Origin: Rickettsiales bacterium
GTDB lineage: Bacteria > Pseudomonadota > Alphaproteobacteria > Rickettsiales > SXRF01
Length of the DNA: 64,000 nucleotides
Assembly: GCA_964231325.1 (NCBI GenBank)
Contig: CAXRIF010000003.1
Location: 1,079,313 to 1,143,312 of the forward strand
Direction of reading: 5' to 3'
A program made the position numbers and the translations under genes. The notes under the pieces are model-generated. The model did no database searches and was not told where the DNA came from. It worked only from the letters and a program-made list of their open reading frames with translations. This document shows positions 9,640-19,326 of this stretch, one piece after another (position 1 is the stretch's first letter; each line of letters opens with the position of its first letter).

Positions 9640-10770
9640 ATGAAAATAACATCGCTATTCATTTCCGTTCTATCTGTCCTCGCGCTCTCCTTTGCATCGC
9701 CTGCAACAGCTATTGAGACAGAGGCTGGGCAAGCCTTCATGATTGATATGGAAACGGGCAATGTGCTGCTTAATAAAAATGGAGATGAGCGCATGCCACC
9801 ATCATCCATGAGCAAATTAATGACTACTTATGTGCTGTTTTCGAAGCTAAAGAATGGCGAACTGAAGCTGGATGACACATTTATGGTTAGCGAAAAAGCA
9901 TGGCGCATGAAGGGCTCAAAAACATTTGTGCCGCTTGGTGAGCCTATTTCGATTGAAGACCTCATCCATGGTATCGTTATTCAATCTGGCAATGATGCGT
10001 GCATCGTTGTGGCAGAAGGTATAAGCGGGACAGAAGAAGGGTTTGCGGACCTACTTAATCAGACTGCCACTGATATTGGCATGACAGGTAGCCACTTTGT
10101 TAATGCAAGCGGCTGGCCAGACGAGAATCATTATGTTACGTCGCGTGATCTGGCACTGCTTGCCAAACGCCTCATTGAAGACTTCCCGGAATATTACCAT
10201 TATTTTGCCAAACCAGAATATACCTACAACAACATCAAGCAATATAACCGCAACTTATTACTTAAGGGCGATGTTGGCGTTGATGGCTTAAAAACCGGAC
10301 ACACGGAGGCAGCGGGCTATGGCATTACGCTTTCCGCAAAGAAGGGTGACCGCCGCCTTATTCTGGTAATCAATGGCATGACCAGTGAAAAACAACGTGC
10401 GGAAGAGGGCGAAAAATTACTACGCTGGGGCTTTAGGGAATTTACCAACAAAAAACTGGCCAGTGCCGGCCAAGAAGTTGCGAAAGCAAATGTATGGTTT
10501 GGCAGCAAACTCACTGTACCACTGGTGATTTCAGAAGATTTAGTGCTCACATTACCTGCATCGACAAACCAAGATATCAGCTATGTGCTTCGCTATACTG
10601 GGCCCATTCCTGCCCCGATTGAAAAAGGTTCACAGATTGCTGAGCTGGTTATCAGTGTGGGCGATAAAGAAGAAGTTATTCCGCTAACTGCTGGGGAAAG
10701 CATCGCCAAGCTAAGTGGCTTTGACTATGCCTTAGCTAAACTTAAATACTCTATTATCGGCCACAGGTAG
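9640..10770 (+). CDS. D-alanyl-D-alanine carboxypeptidase (PBP5/6 family)
   Basis: Signal peptide, SMSKLMT (SxxK), QSGND (SxN) and LKTGHT (KTG). Confidence 0.9.
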   Translation: MKITSLFISVLSVLALSFASPATAIETEAGQAFMIDMETGNVLLNKNGDERMPPSSMSKLMTTYVLFSKLKNGELKLDDTFMVSEKAWRMKGSKTFVPLGEPISIEDLIHGIVIQSGNDACIVVAEGISGTEEGFADLLNQTATDIGMTGSHFVNASGWPDENHYVTSRDLALLAKRLIEDFPEYYHYFAKPEYTYNNIKQYNRNLLLKGDVGVDGLKTGHTEAAGYGITLSAKKGDRRLILVINGMTSEKQRAEEGEKLLRWGFREFTNKKLASAGQEVAKANVWFGSKLTVPLVISEDLVLTLPASTNQDISYVLRYTGPIPAPIEKGSQIAELVISVGDKEEVIPLTAGESIAKLSGFDYALAKLKYSIIGHR

Positions 10771-10773
10771 GAA

Positions 10774-11424
10774 GTGCACAGCGGAACATTTATTACCTTT
10801 GAAGGCGGAGAAGGAAGCGGCAAATCTACACAAATTGCTTTGCTGGAAAAAGCCTTTCAAAATGCCGGTATAGAATGTGTAAAAACCCGCGAACCTGGTG
10901 GCTCTGCAGGAGCAGAACAAATTCGCGACCTATTGGTGAATGGCGATGTTGACGCATGGGATGCAGACACAGAAACCCTGTTGTTTTATGCTGCCCGCTT
11001 GGATCATGTGAATAAAATCATCAAACCCGCCCTTAAGAAAAAACACACCGTGTTATGTGATCGCTTTGCAGACTCGACAATGGTGTATCAGGGTGTTGGG
11101 AAGCAAGTGCCCAACGACTATATTCACGCTCTACACAAGCTTACGTTAGTTGATTTTTCGCCGAACCTGACCCTTATGTTTGATATAGACCCGAAAATAG
11201 GACTGAAACGTGCCGCCGATAGAAACGGTGGAGAAGGGCGCTTTGAAAGCATGGATATTAGTTTCCACCAACAAGTGCGGCAGGGGTTTTTGAAAATCGC
11301 AAAAACCGATCCAGAAAGATGCGCGGTGATTGATGCCAGTCTGGATATTCAAACCGTTCATCAGTCTATCATTACACTTGTTAATAAACGCTTGGGTACT
11401 ACACTGAAGTCATGTCAGACATAA
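10774..11424 (+). CDS. tmk: thymidylate kinase
   Basis: GTG start. FITFEGGEGSGKSTQ P-loop, TREPGG and DRFADST. Confidence 0.93.
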   Translation: MHSGTFITFEGGEGSGKSTQIALLEKAFQNAGIECVKTREPGGSAGAEQIRDLLVNGDVDAWDADTETLLFYAARLDHVNKIIKPALKKKHTVLCDRFADSTMVYQGVGKQVPNDYIHALHKLTLVDFSPNLTLMFDIDPKIGLKRAADRNGGEGRFESMDISFHQQVRQGFLKIAKTDPERCAVIDASLDIQTVHQSIITLVNKRLGTTLKSCQT

Positions 11425-12455
11425 CGCCACGCAGCAACAATGAATTATTCGGCCATGAAAGCGCATGGAAGCGACTTGTGGACGTACATAGCGCTGGAAA
11501 ACTGCCGCACGGCCTGCTTATTACCGGCCCGAAAGGTATTGGTAAAGCCACGTTGGCATATCGTTTTGCCAAACACCTACTCTCTGCGTCAGAGGATGGA
11601 CAATCTGTACATCGCCGCATCATTGCCGGATCACACGCTGATTTGCTTGTTGTTGAACAAACCCTAGACCCTAAAAAAGGAGAGGTTTCGAAAGATATTA
11701 GTGTCGATCAGGCCAGAGAGGTGGCCGAGTTTTTATCGCTAACCCCGGGCGAAGGAACCTGGCGCGTGGTTATTATTGATAGTGTTGATGCGCTTAATGT
11801 AAACGGTGCTAATGCTGTCTTAAAAATTCTCGAAGAGCCTCCTCCACAGGCCGTGCTGATCCTTGTATCGCACAACCCAGGCAAATTGCTTCCAACCATT
11901 CGCTCTCGTTGCAGCCAGATAAAACTAGCCCCACTGAATGAAACTGAATTTGAGCAGGTTGTCTCTCATGTAGCGCCGGATGTAGAAGAGCGGGAGCGCC
12001 AAAGCTTGCAGCTACTTTCTGGCGGTGCCCCTGGTGTAGCGCTAGACCTTAAGGACAAGGAAGCACTGGATATGTATGCGCAAATTATTGAGCTATGTGC
12101 GGATATGCCAGAGATAGATGCGCTTAAGCTACACGCTTTTGCAGCAAAAATTGGCAGCGGAAAAACGCATGAGAACTGGCAACTATTTACACGGCTTATG
12201 CTTTGCCTGCTTGAGCGCACCACCAAAACCGCACTGGGCAATAACTTACCAGAAATCGTTGCCGATGAGGCCGATGTGTTAGAGCATCTCGCTACTATAC
12301 ACGCTGCGGGGGTGTGGGCAGCAAAATGGCAACAATGTGCCGATCAATTTTTGCTCGCTAGCTCCCGCCATCTCGATTATAAGCAGATCGTTATTACTTA
12401 CATTCACTCCATTGCTAATACAGAGGGTTTCCAGCTAGGGAATACAGCCGCTTGA
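11412..12455 (+). CDS. holB: DNA polymerase III subunit delta'
   Basis: LPHGLLITGPKGIGKATLAYRFA, NALLKILEEPP-like (NAVLKILEEPP) and TIRSRC. Conserved tmk-holB-metG order. Confidence 0.87.
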   Translation: MSDITPRSNNELFGHESAWKRLVDVHSAGKLPHGLLITGPKGIGKATLAYRFAKHLLSASEDGQSVHRRIIAGSHADLLVVEQTLDPKKGEVSKDISVDQAREVAEFLSLTPGEGTWRVVIIDSVDALNVNGANAVLKILEEPPPQAVLILVSHNPGKLLPTIRSRCSQIKLAPLNETEFEQVVSHVAPDVEERERQSLQLLSGGAPGVALDLKDKEALDMYAQIIELCADMPEIDALKLHAFAAKIGSGKTHENWQLFTRLMLCLLERTTKTALGNNLPEIVADEADVLEHLATIHAAGVWAAKWQQCADQFLLASSRHLDYKQIVITYIHSIANTEGFQLGNTAA

Positions 12456-13999
12456 CCAAGAATTTCTACATTACTACTCCCATTTATTATGTTAATGACC
12501 GACCGCATATCGGCCACGCCTATACATCTGTGGCCTGTGACGTGCTGGCCAGATTTAAGGCTTTATCTGGCTACAACGTACATTTTTTGACCGGTACAGA
12601 TGAACATGGCCAGAAGGTGGAGAAGGCGGCAGAGAAGGCAGGCGTTACGCCACAGGCACATGCGGATGCAAATTCACAGCATTTTCGTGATATGTCGGAA
12701 CTATTAAATATCAGCCATACGGACTTTATCCGTACCACCGAAACCCGTCACAAAGCGGCCGCTCAAGGACTGTGGAAAATCATGCAGGAGAAGGGGCATA
12801 TCTATCTGGATAAATATGCTGGCTGGTATTCTGTGCGTGATGAGGCCTATTACCAGGAATCAGAGCTGGTGGATGGAAAAGCGCCTACAGGAGCAGATGT
12901 GGAATGGGTGGAAGAGCCCAGCTATTTCTTTAATCTCTCAAAATGGCAAGACAAGCTGCTGGATTTTTATGAAAAAAACCCTGACTTCATCCAGCCAAAA
13001 TCGCGCTATAACGAAATCGTGAGCTTCGTAAAAGGCGGGCTTAAGGATCTTTCCATCTCCCGCACCACCTTTAGCTGGGGTGTGCCAGTGCCCGATGATG
13101 ACAAACACATCATGTATGTGTGGCTGGACGCACTTACAAATTATATGTCATCGTTAGGGTATCCTGACACTAACGCTGAAGGCTACAAAACCTTCTGGCC
13201 AGCAGATCTGCATATGGTGGGTAAAGACATTGTACGTTTTCATGCCGTATATTGGCCGGCTTTCCTGATGGCCGCCGACTTACCACTCCCTAAAAAGGTG
13301 TTTGCCCATGGCTGGTGGACGATTGAAGGCGAGAAAATGTCTAAATCACTCGGTAATGTGGTAGCACCACATGAGCTGGTAGAAGAGTTCGGGCTGGATC
13401 AAACCCGCTACTTCCTGATGCGCGAAGTGCCGTTTGGTAATGATGGCAACTTCTCCAGAGACCGTATGGTAACCGTAATTAACTCTGAATTAGCCAACAA
13501 TGTGGGCAATCTCGTACAGCGCACGCTCTCTATGGTGGCTAAGAATTGTGGCGGCATGGTTCCTGACGCCAATGGGGTTGATCGTGACGAGTTGGATATG
13601 CAGTTTCTGGAAGCCGTATATGTCACCAAAGACAGCACTCCTGCCGATGTGGAACACAAATATAATTCTTGTAAATTCAATGAAATAGCGGCTGATATTA
13701 TAGCGATTGCTTCCGAAGCTAATAACTATATTGATGAAAAAGCACCGTGGAAACAGAAAAAAGTTGATGAAAAACTGATGTTTGCCACGCTATTTCACCT
13801 GTTAGAAGGCATTCGCTGTATTGCTATTATGCTGCAACCCTTTATTCCATCAGCATCAGCGAAGATTCTGGACCAGCTGTCCGTACCGGAAAACAAGCGT
13901 AATTTCGCCTATTTAAACGCAGAAAATGCACTGATTTCGGGCACACAACTTCCGCCCCCCGAACCAGTGTTTCCGCGCATCCTAGAGAATGCAGCATGA
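12452..13999 (+). CDS. metG: methionine--tRNA ligase
   Basis: TTG start. YYVNDRPHIGHAYT (HIGH) and KMSKSLGN (KMSKS). Confidence 0.95.
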   Translation: MTKNFYITTPIYYVNDRPHIGHAYTSVACDVLARFKALSGYNVHFLTGTDEHGQKVEKAAEKAGVTPQAHADANSQHFRDMSELLNISHTDFIRTTETRHKAAAQGLWKIMQEKGHIYLDKYAGWYSVRDEAYYQESELVDGKAPTGADVEWVEEPSYFFNLSKWQDKLLDFYEKNPDFIQPKSRYNEIVSFVKGGLKDLSISRTTFSWGVPVPDDDKHIMYVWLDALTNYMSSLGYPDTNAEGYKTFWPADLHMVGKDIVRFHAVYWPAFLMAADLPLPKKVFAHGWWTIEGEKMSKSLGNVVAPHELVEEFGLDQTRYFLMREVPFGNDGNFSRDRMVTVINSELANNVGNLVQRTLSMVAKNCGGMVPDANGVDRDELDMQFLEAVYVTKDSTPADVEHKYNSCKFNEIAADIIAIASEANNYIDEKAPWKQKKVDEKLMFATLFHLLEGIRCIAIMLQPFIPSASAKILDQLSVPENKRNFAYLNAENALISGTQLPPPEPVFPRILENAA

Positions 14000-14020
14000 G
14001 CAGGGGGGCTTAGTTTTTTT

Positions 14021-14812
14021 ATGCTACTTGTTGATTCCCATTGCCACCTAAATTTTCCCGATTTTAAAGACGATCTTGATGAGGTAATCGCCAGAGCACG
14101 TGAAGCCGGTGTAGGAGTAATGCAAACCATTTGCACCGAAATGGCCGAATTTGACGAAGTACATGCCATTGCCAAGCGCTATAATGACGTATATTGCTCC
14201 GTAGGCGTACACCCAAACGACTCCGGAGAAGACAAACAGGTGAAGGCTGAAGAGCTTATCGCTAAATGCTCACACAAAGAAGTGATTGGCATTGGGGAAA
14301 CAGGGCTGGATTATCACTATGAGCGCGCCAACCGAGATATGCAAAAAGCTAATTTTCTTGAGCATATTAAGGCATCCAGGGAAACTGGCCTGCCAGTTAT
14401 AGTACATACGCGTGATGCTGATGAGGATACTATAGAAATCCTATCAAATGAAATATCAAATGGTAGCTTTAGGTTTCTAATTCATTGCTTTACAGCCTCA
14501 AAAGAACTTGCTGAAAAATCAGTAGAATTGGGTGGATATATTTCACTATCAGGAATCATTTCCTTCAAAAATGCTGGAGAAATTCGTGACGCGATCAAAA
14601 ATATTCCACTGGATAGATTGCTGGTTGAAACTGACGCGCCGTACCTTGCTCCAGCACCTAATCGGGGAAAGCGAAATGAACCATCTTTTACTATATATAC
14701 CAATAGAGTACTGGCCGAACTTAAAGAAATAAGTGAGCAAGAGTGCGCTCGCATCACCACCGAGAATTTCTTCCGTTTATTTGATAAAGCATCCCCAAGG
14801 TTATCCACATGA
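14021..14812 (+). CDS. TatD family metal-dependent hydrolase
   Basis: DSHCHL, GVHP, GETGLDY and ETDAPYLAP. Confidence 0.9.
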   Translation: MLLVDSHCHLNFPDFKDDLDEVIARAREAGVGVMQTICTEMAEFDEVHAIAKRYNDVYCSVGVHPNDSGEDKQVKAEELIAKCSHKEVIGIGETGLDYHYERANRDMQKANFLEHIKASRETGLPVIVHTRDADEDTIEILSNEISNGSFRFLIHCFTASKELAEKSVELGGYISLSGIISFKNAGEIRDAIKNIPLDRLLVETDAPYLAPAPNRGKRNEPSFTIYTNRVLAELKEISEQECARITTENFFRLFDKASPRLST

Positions 14813-15579
14813 AAGTAACCATACTTGGTTGCGGTAGCTCGGCAGGTGTTCCTCTTGTTGGATGCAGCTGTGATGTATGCACCTCCGATACCCCTAAAAA
14901 CAAGCGCAGCCGCGTCTCTGTATTTATAGAATTCAATGGGAAGAACCTGCTTATTGATACATCGCCAGACCTTAGACAGCAGGCCCTAGACAATGACATT
15001 AAAAGAGTAGACGCAATACTTTATACACATGACCATGCTGACCACACTCATGGCATTGATGATCTACGGTCTTTCAATCACTTAAAAGGCGACTCTCTAC
15101 CAATTTATTGCAATAAAACAACTTATAATTCTCTGTTAAAACGCTTTGAATACGCCTTCAAGGAGAAGCCAGATATATGGTATCGTCCAAGCCTTAGAGC
15201 CAACATACTAGATGAGGGGGCCATACAGCACCTTAACGTAGAAGGGGTAGAAATTACGGCCTTTGAGCAAACTCACGGGAAAACAATAACTTTGGGCTTT
15301 AGAATTGGCAATTTTGCTTATTCGACCGATGTTAATGCGCTGCCAGACACTGCATTTGATACGCTGAAAAGCCTGGATGTGTGGGTTGTGGACTGCCTTA
15401 GACACACTACATCTCCAACACATGCGAATCTGGAGATGACTTTAAACTGGCTAGAACGAGTAAGACCAAAGCGTGCGATTTTAACCCACATGGGACATGA
15501 AATGGACTACGATTCGCTTATTAATTTATTGCCAAATGGCGTCGAACCCGCATATGACGGTATGGAGATACATTTATAG
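14809..15579 (+). CDS. MBL-fold metallo-hydrolase (PhnP/GPMB-like)
   Basis: THDHADHTHG (HxHxDH) and an N-terminal Cys cluster (GCGSSAGVP..GCSCDVC). Overlaps tatD by 4 nt. Confidence 0.82.
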   Translation: MKVTILGCGSSAGVPLVGCSCDVCTSDTPKNKRSRVSVFIEFNGKNLLIDTSPDLRQQALDNDIKRVDAILYTHDHADHTHGIDDLRSFNHLKGDSLPIYCNKTTYNSLLKRFEYAFKEKPDIWYRPSLRANILDEGAIQHLNVEGVEITAFEQTHGKTITLGFRIGNFAYSTDVNALPDTAFDTLKSLDVWVVDCLRHTTSPTHANLEMTLNWLERVRPKRAILTHMGHEMDYDSLINLLPNGVEPAYDGMEIHL

Positions 15580-15692
15580 ACTTTCGTACACAAACTCAAC
15601 CATTACGCGTATTTATAACCCCCTGTATGATATAATTATAACATTATTTCCATAATATATATTATACGATATAAAGGACACTACAAAAGACC

Positions 15693-16445
15693 ATGCAAAT
15701 TACTCTCGAAACCATTATAAGCGCCGCTTGCAGCAACGCTGAAAAGCTAGAAAGTGCTAATAAAACACAACAGATATTTCGTGTAGATAATGCGAGTGAA
15801 GCAAAGCTCGTTTTTGACCTGCTTATTGCCTATGGATTCGATACAAAATTTTATCCTGAAAACAACGCGGCAAAACTATATATCGCAAACCCAAAGCCTT
15901 CGCAGCTGTCTAATAAAGAAATGATGGCTGAAATATATGCATATGCACGATCATTTACTGGCTTAAAAACGCAAGCTGAACAGCTAGCTTCTGACATCAA
16001 TAATGCTGATCCCATGTACCGGTTGAGCTTTTCAAATACCCCATCTTCTGGCAAGCAAATTACCGTTCATATCACCTCTCCCAATCAACCAGCCAAATCC
16101 CCCTCCACGTCTAATACTGCGCCTCCTGCAGCGCCCCGCGCTTCAAAACCAACCACAAAACCAGTTACCAAAAAACAAGAAGAGGAGATATTTCTTGGCC
16201 CTGAAATTATGCGCCCCGCAGGACGCAGGAAAAGCAACGCAATCAACACTGAGGGCCCGGACAGCTTGTGGAAACGGTGTAAGTTATATGTCAAAGGAAA
16301 CTCGATTATTGCCGCCTTAGTCATTATAACCACTATCGCACTTACCGTGGTTCTGTTATCACTGTTTGTGTTGTCTAAAGCGTTCCTCTGCCCTGATTTT
16401 GCCTCAATGAAAGAGAAAAGCCCACCGTGGTATTGTAGCCTCTAA
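15693..16445 (+). CDS. hypothetical tail-anchored membrane protein with Pro/Ser/Thr-rich linker
   Basis: 250-aa ORF with a PAKSPSTSNTAPPAAPRASKPTTKP linker and a single C-terminal TM helix (IIAALVIITTIALTVVLLSLFVL). Its stop overlaps the aroA start (TAATG). Confidence 0.5.
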   Translation: MQITLETIISAACSNAEKLESANKTQQIFRVDNASEAKLVFDLLIAYGFDTKFYPENNAAKLYIANPKPSQLSNKEMMAEIYAYARSFTGLKTQAEQLASDINNADPMYRLSFSNTPSSGKQITVHITSPNQPAKSPSTSNTAPPAAPRASKPTTKPVTKKQEEEIFLGPEIMRPAGRRKSNAINTEGPDSLWKRCKLYVKGNSIIAALVIITTIALTVVLLSLFVLSKAFLCPDFASMKEKSPPWYCSL

Positions 16446-18403
16446 TGAACACAAAAACCTACACCTCTCGAAAATCCAATAAAATTGTCGGATCAGTGCA
16501 CATCCCTGGTGACAAGTCGATCTCACACCGCGCACTCATACTCGCCTCGCAACTGCCTCAGACTACAGTTATTTCTGGCTTACTGGAAAGCGAAGATGTG
16601 CTGAATACTGCCTCCGCACTACGCGCACTGGGCACGCAAATTGTTCAATCGGGCGATAAGTGGGAAATCAAAGGCGTTGGCATTGGCAAATTAAAAGAAA
16701 GCGCTAACGTACTGGATATGGGCAATTCTGGCACCAGTACGCGCCTGCTTATGGGGCTGGTTACCCCCTATCCTTTTGCCACGTTCTTTACTGGCGACGA
16801 ATCATTATGCAAACGTCCAATGAAGCGTGTTATCACGCCACTAAGTGAAATTGGCGCCAATGTGACCTCGAGGAACAATAACCAGCTACCTCTGGCACTG
16901 ATTGGCACAGATACGCCCAAAGCCATCACCTATGCACTTCCTGTGGCTTCTGCCCAGGTTAAATCAGCTATTTTGCTGGCCGGGCTAAATATATCCGGAA
17001 AAACCACGGTGATCGAACCTGCCGCCACGCGTGATCACACCGAGAATATGCTTAAGTCTCTAGGCTACCCTATCGAAACTCATAAAGAAAATGGCAAGAC
17101 CATCATCACCATAGAAGGAAAGCAGAGCTTCTCCAGCCCACATGATATTGAAGTGCCGGGCGACCCCTCCTCTGCAGCATTTATCGTCGTGGCCGCCCTG
17201 CTTTGCCCAGACTCTGATCTGACGATTGAAAACGTATGTATCAACCCATTGCGTACCGGTCTATTTGCAACTCTTCTAGAGATGGGTGCAAAGCTGCAAT
17301 TTAATAACGAACGCGTAGTTGCGGGAGAAAAAGTGGCTGATATTGCCGTCAAACATAGTGTGCTCAAGGCTGTAGAGGTGCCAGCCGAGCGCGCCCCAAG
17401 CATGATTGATGAGTACCCTATATTAGCCATAGCTGCCGCTTTTGCAGAGGGGGAAACCGTTATGCATGGGCTAGGCGAGCTGCGCGTGAAAGAAAGCAAC
17501 CGCTTAGATGCCATTGCTGAATCACTCAAGCTTTGCGGCGTAGAAACCCGTATAGAGGGCGATTCTCTTTATGTTCAAGGCGGAAACCCCAAAGGTGATG
17601 CAACAATCAACACGCAGCTTGATCACCGCATTGCTATGAGCTTTTTGGTGATGGGGCTTGCTAGCGAAGATCCCGTTACGATTGACGATGGCACCCCCAT
17701 TAACACCAGCTTTCCAAATTTTATCGCGCTATTGAATAGCTTAGGCGCTGACATAATCTCTGATAAAAGTGAGGCGGCTTTAGTGGTTGCCATTGATGGC
17801 CCTGCTGCCTCGGGTAAAGGCACGCTAGCACGTAGACTGGCGGAAAAGCTCGGGTTTGATTATTTGGATACGGGCAGCCTGTATCGAGCGGTGGGCATGA
17901 AGCTGATTTACTCTGGCGAAGACCCTAATGATCCGGAAAAGGCATTGGAGGCTGCACTAAATATTGACGCCGAAGACCTTGCCAACCCTCGCCTACGCCA
18001 AGAACGTATTGGTCAAGCCGCTTCAATCATTTCCGCTTACCCCAAAGTGCGCGAGGCATTGTTAGATTTTCAGCGCAACTTTGCCAAAGGACGTAAGGGA
18101 GCGGTGTTGGATGGGCGCGATATTGGCACTGTGGTATGCCCCGATGCCGATTTCAAATTCTATATCACCGCCACGCTTTATGCTCGTGCGAAGCGCCGAC
18201 ACAAGGAACTCTCAGGTCAAGGGGTTGAGGTTGTATTTGAATCGGTGTTAGAGGATTTGCGTGAGCGCGATGAGCGAGACGCCAAACGTTCCATCGCCCC
18301 TCTAAAGCCAGCGCTGGATGCAATTTCCATCGACACCTCGGATATGGATGCAAGTCAGGTGTTTGAAAAGGCTCTGAATATTATTGATGAAAAATCTAGC
18401 TAA
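16445..18403 (+). CDS. aroA: fused 3-phosphoshikimate 1-carboxyvinyltransferase / cytidylate kinase
   Basis: 652 aa. The EPSP synthase part has PGDKSISHR, LDMGNSGTSTRLL, LRVKESNRL and DHRIAMSF. From about aa 447 the sequence is Cmk: VVAIDGPAASGKGTLARRLA..DTGSLYR...DGRDIGT. Confidence 0.92.
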   Translation: MNTKTYTSRKSNKIVGSVHIPGDKSISHRALILASQLPQTTVISGLLESEDVLNTASALRALGTQIVQSGDKWEIKGVGIGKLKESANVLDMGNSGTSTRLLMGLVTPYPFATFFTGDESLCKRPMKRVITPLSEIGANVTSRNNNQLPLALIGTDTPKAITYALPVASAQVKSAILLAGLNISGKTTVIEPAATRDHTENMLKSLGYPIETHKENGKTIITIEGKQSFSSPHDIEVPGDPSSAAFIVVAALLCPDSDLTIENVCINPLRTGLFATLLEMGAKLQFNNERVVAGEKVADIAVKHSVLKAVEVPAERAPSMIDEYPILAIAAAFAEGETVMHGLGELRVKESNRLDAIAESLKLCGVETRIEGDSLYVQGGNPKGDATINTQLDHRIAMSFLVMGLASEDPVTIDDGTPINTSFPNFIALLNSLGADIISDKSEAALVVAIDGPAASGKGTLARRLAEKLGFDYLDTGSLYRAVGMKLIYSGEDPNDPEKALEAALNIDAEDLANPRLRQERIGQAASIISAYPKVREALLDFQRNFAKGRKGAVLDGRDIGTVVCPDADFKFYITATLYARAKRRHKELSGQGVEVVFESVLEDLRERDERDAKRSIAPLKPALDAISIDTSDMDASQVFEKALNIIDEKSS

Positions 18404-19235
18404 GCGGTTGAATGCCGAACCGGTCGAGCACCGTATTTAGCTCTCCTGTAGAGCGATTAATGGTAAGCGCTAATGCACCTGCCAATATTTTTTCGTGCAA
18501 ATGTTCTGGCTGTAATTTCAGCGGGTGGTCGCCAAGCGCCACCACCGGCACCCCCAGAATAGCCGCCTCATACAAACATGTTGAAGTTACCGCCACCACC
18601 ACCTTGGCTTTAGAAGCGGCCTCCAAGAACGTTCCGTTACGATCTACCTTTGCACGAGCAAACTGACGCTTTGCTTTAGAAATTGGGTGTGGGCGAGCGA
18701 TAATCTTATCATCCGGGTACATGGCTTCTACATCAGCGATAAATTCTTCCATTTGGCGATAAGCAGAAAAGTAAAGCACCTGCGTATCGTTCTCGATCTG
18801 CAGTGGCGCAAGCACGTGTCCTTCTGGCTGCAATGGATATTGCTTTTGCAAATCAGCACGCACGCGGTACAGATTTTCCATATCTTTATCCGTTACCCAC
18901 GAAAGATCCTTTGCGAGAATTGAGTCTCCACAAAACCCATATGGATCGACCATAAAAGTATCAGATTGTGGAAGCATTCCCCATTCCAAATAGCAGGTAG
19001 GAATGCCGCGCCTGCGACACATACGCGTTGCCAGTGGAGTTCCATGTTGCAGGCCATTCCAGATCACGGCCATGGAGGCTCTTTTCACAACATCGCCCGC
19101 CTTAAACATGTCGTTTTTCAGCCCCTCCCAACGATAACCATAACCATATGAACGAGCATAACGTTGAATGAGAGTAGTTTCTCGCTCGTTGTTAAACCCA
19201 AAATGTACCACGTATTTCGTTTCTTGGTCTTTCAT
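18396..19235 (-). CDS. capsule-biosynthesis (KpsC/KpsS Capsule_synth-like, putative Kdo-transferase fold) protein
   Basis: 279 aa. VLAPLQIENDTQV (Q-x3-D-type motif) and IIARPHPISK (HP motif) recall the KpsS/KpsC family. Its 3' end overlaps the aroA/cmk 3' end by 8 nt (convergent). Confidence 0.55.
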   Translation of the reverse strand: MKDQETKYVVHFGFNNERETTLIQRYARSYGYGYRWEGLKNDMFKAGDVVKRASMAVIWNGLQHGTPLATRMCRRRGIPTCYLEWGMLPQSDTFMVDPYGFCGDSILAKDLSWVTDKDMENLYRVRADLQKQYPLQPEGHVLAPLQIENDTQVLYFSAYRQMEEFIADVEAMYPDDKIIARPHPISKAKRQFARAKVDRNGTFLEAASKAKVVVAVTSTCLYEAAILGVPVVALGDHPLKLQPEHLHEKILAGALALTINRSTGELNTVLDRFGIQPLS

Positions 19236-19326
19236 ATCAATAAATGCATCATATAATTATTTGTATTTACCTGCGTCCATGGTCTACACCATTAGAATAA
19301 CATATCAATCCAAACCGACCCAAGTA

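Noticed and set aside
15660-15671. 12-mer TATTATACGATA shared by the upstream regions of two orphan genes (also at 34972..34983), considered as a common regulatory motif
   Set aside because: Both regions are very AT-rich, and dozens of chance 12-mer matches are expected in 64 kb. The distances to the start codons also differ (21 versus 4 nt).
17080-17529. 149-aa minus-strand ORF inside aroA
   Set aside because: It is an antisense shadow of EPSP synthase with no independent signals.
19168-19326. 5' extension of the GT-C glycosyltransferase ORF
   Set aside because: It would overlap the divergent Kps-like gene by 68 nt and encodes non-membrane junk. The first TM segment follows the ATG at 19327.
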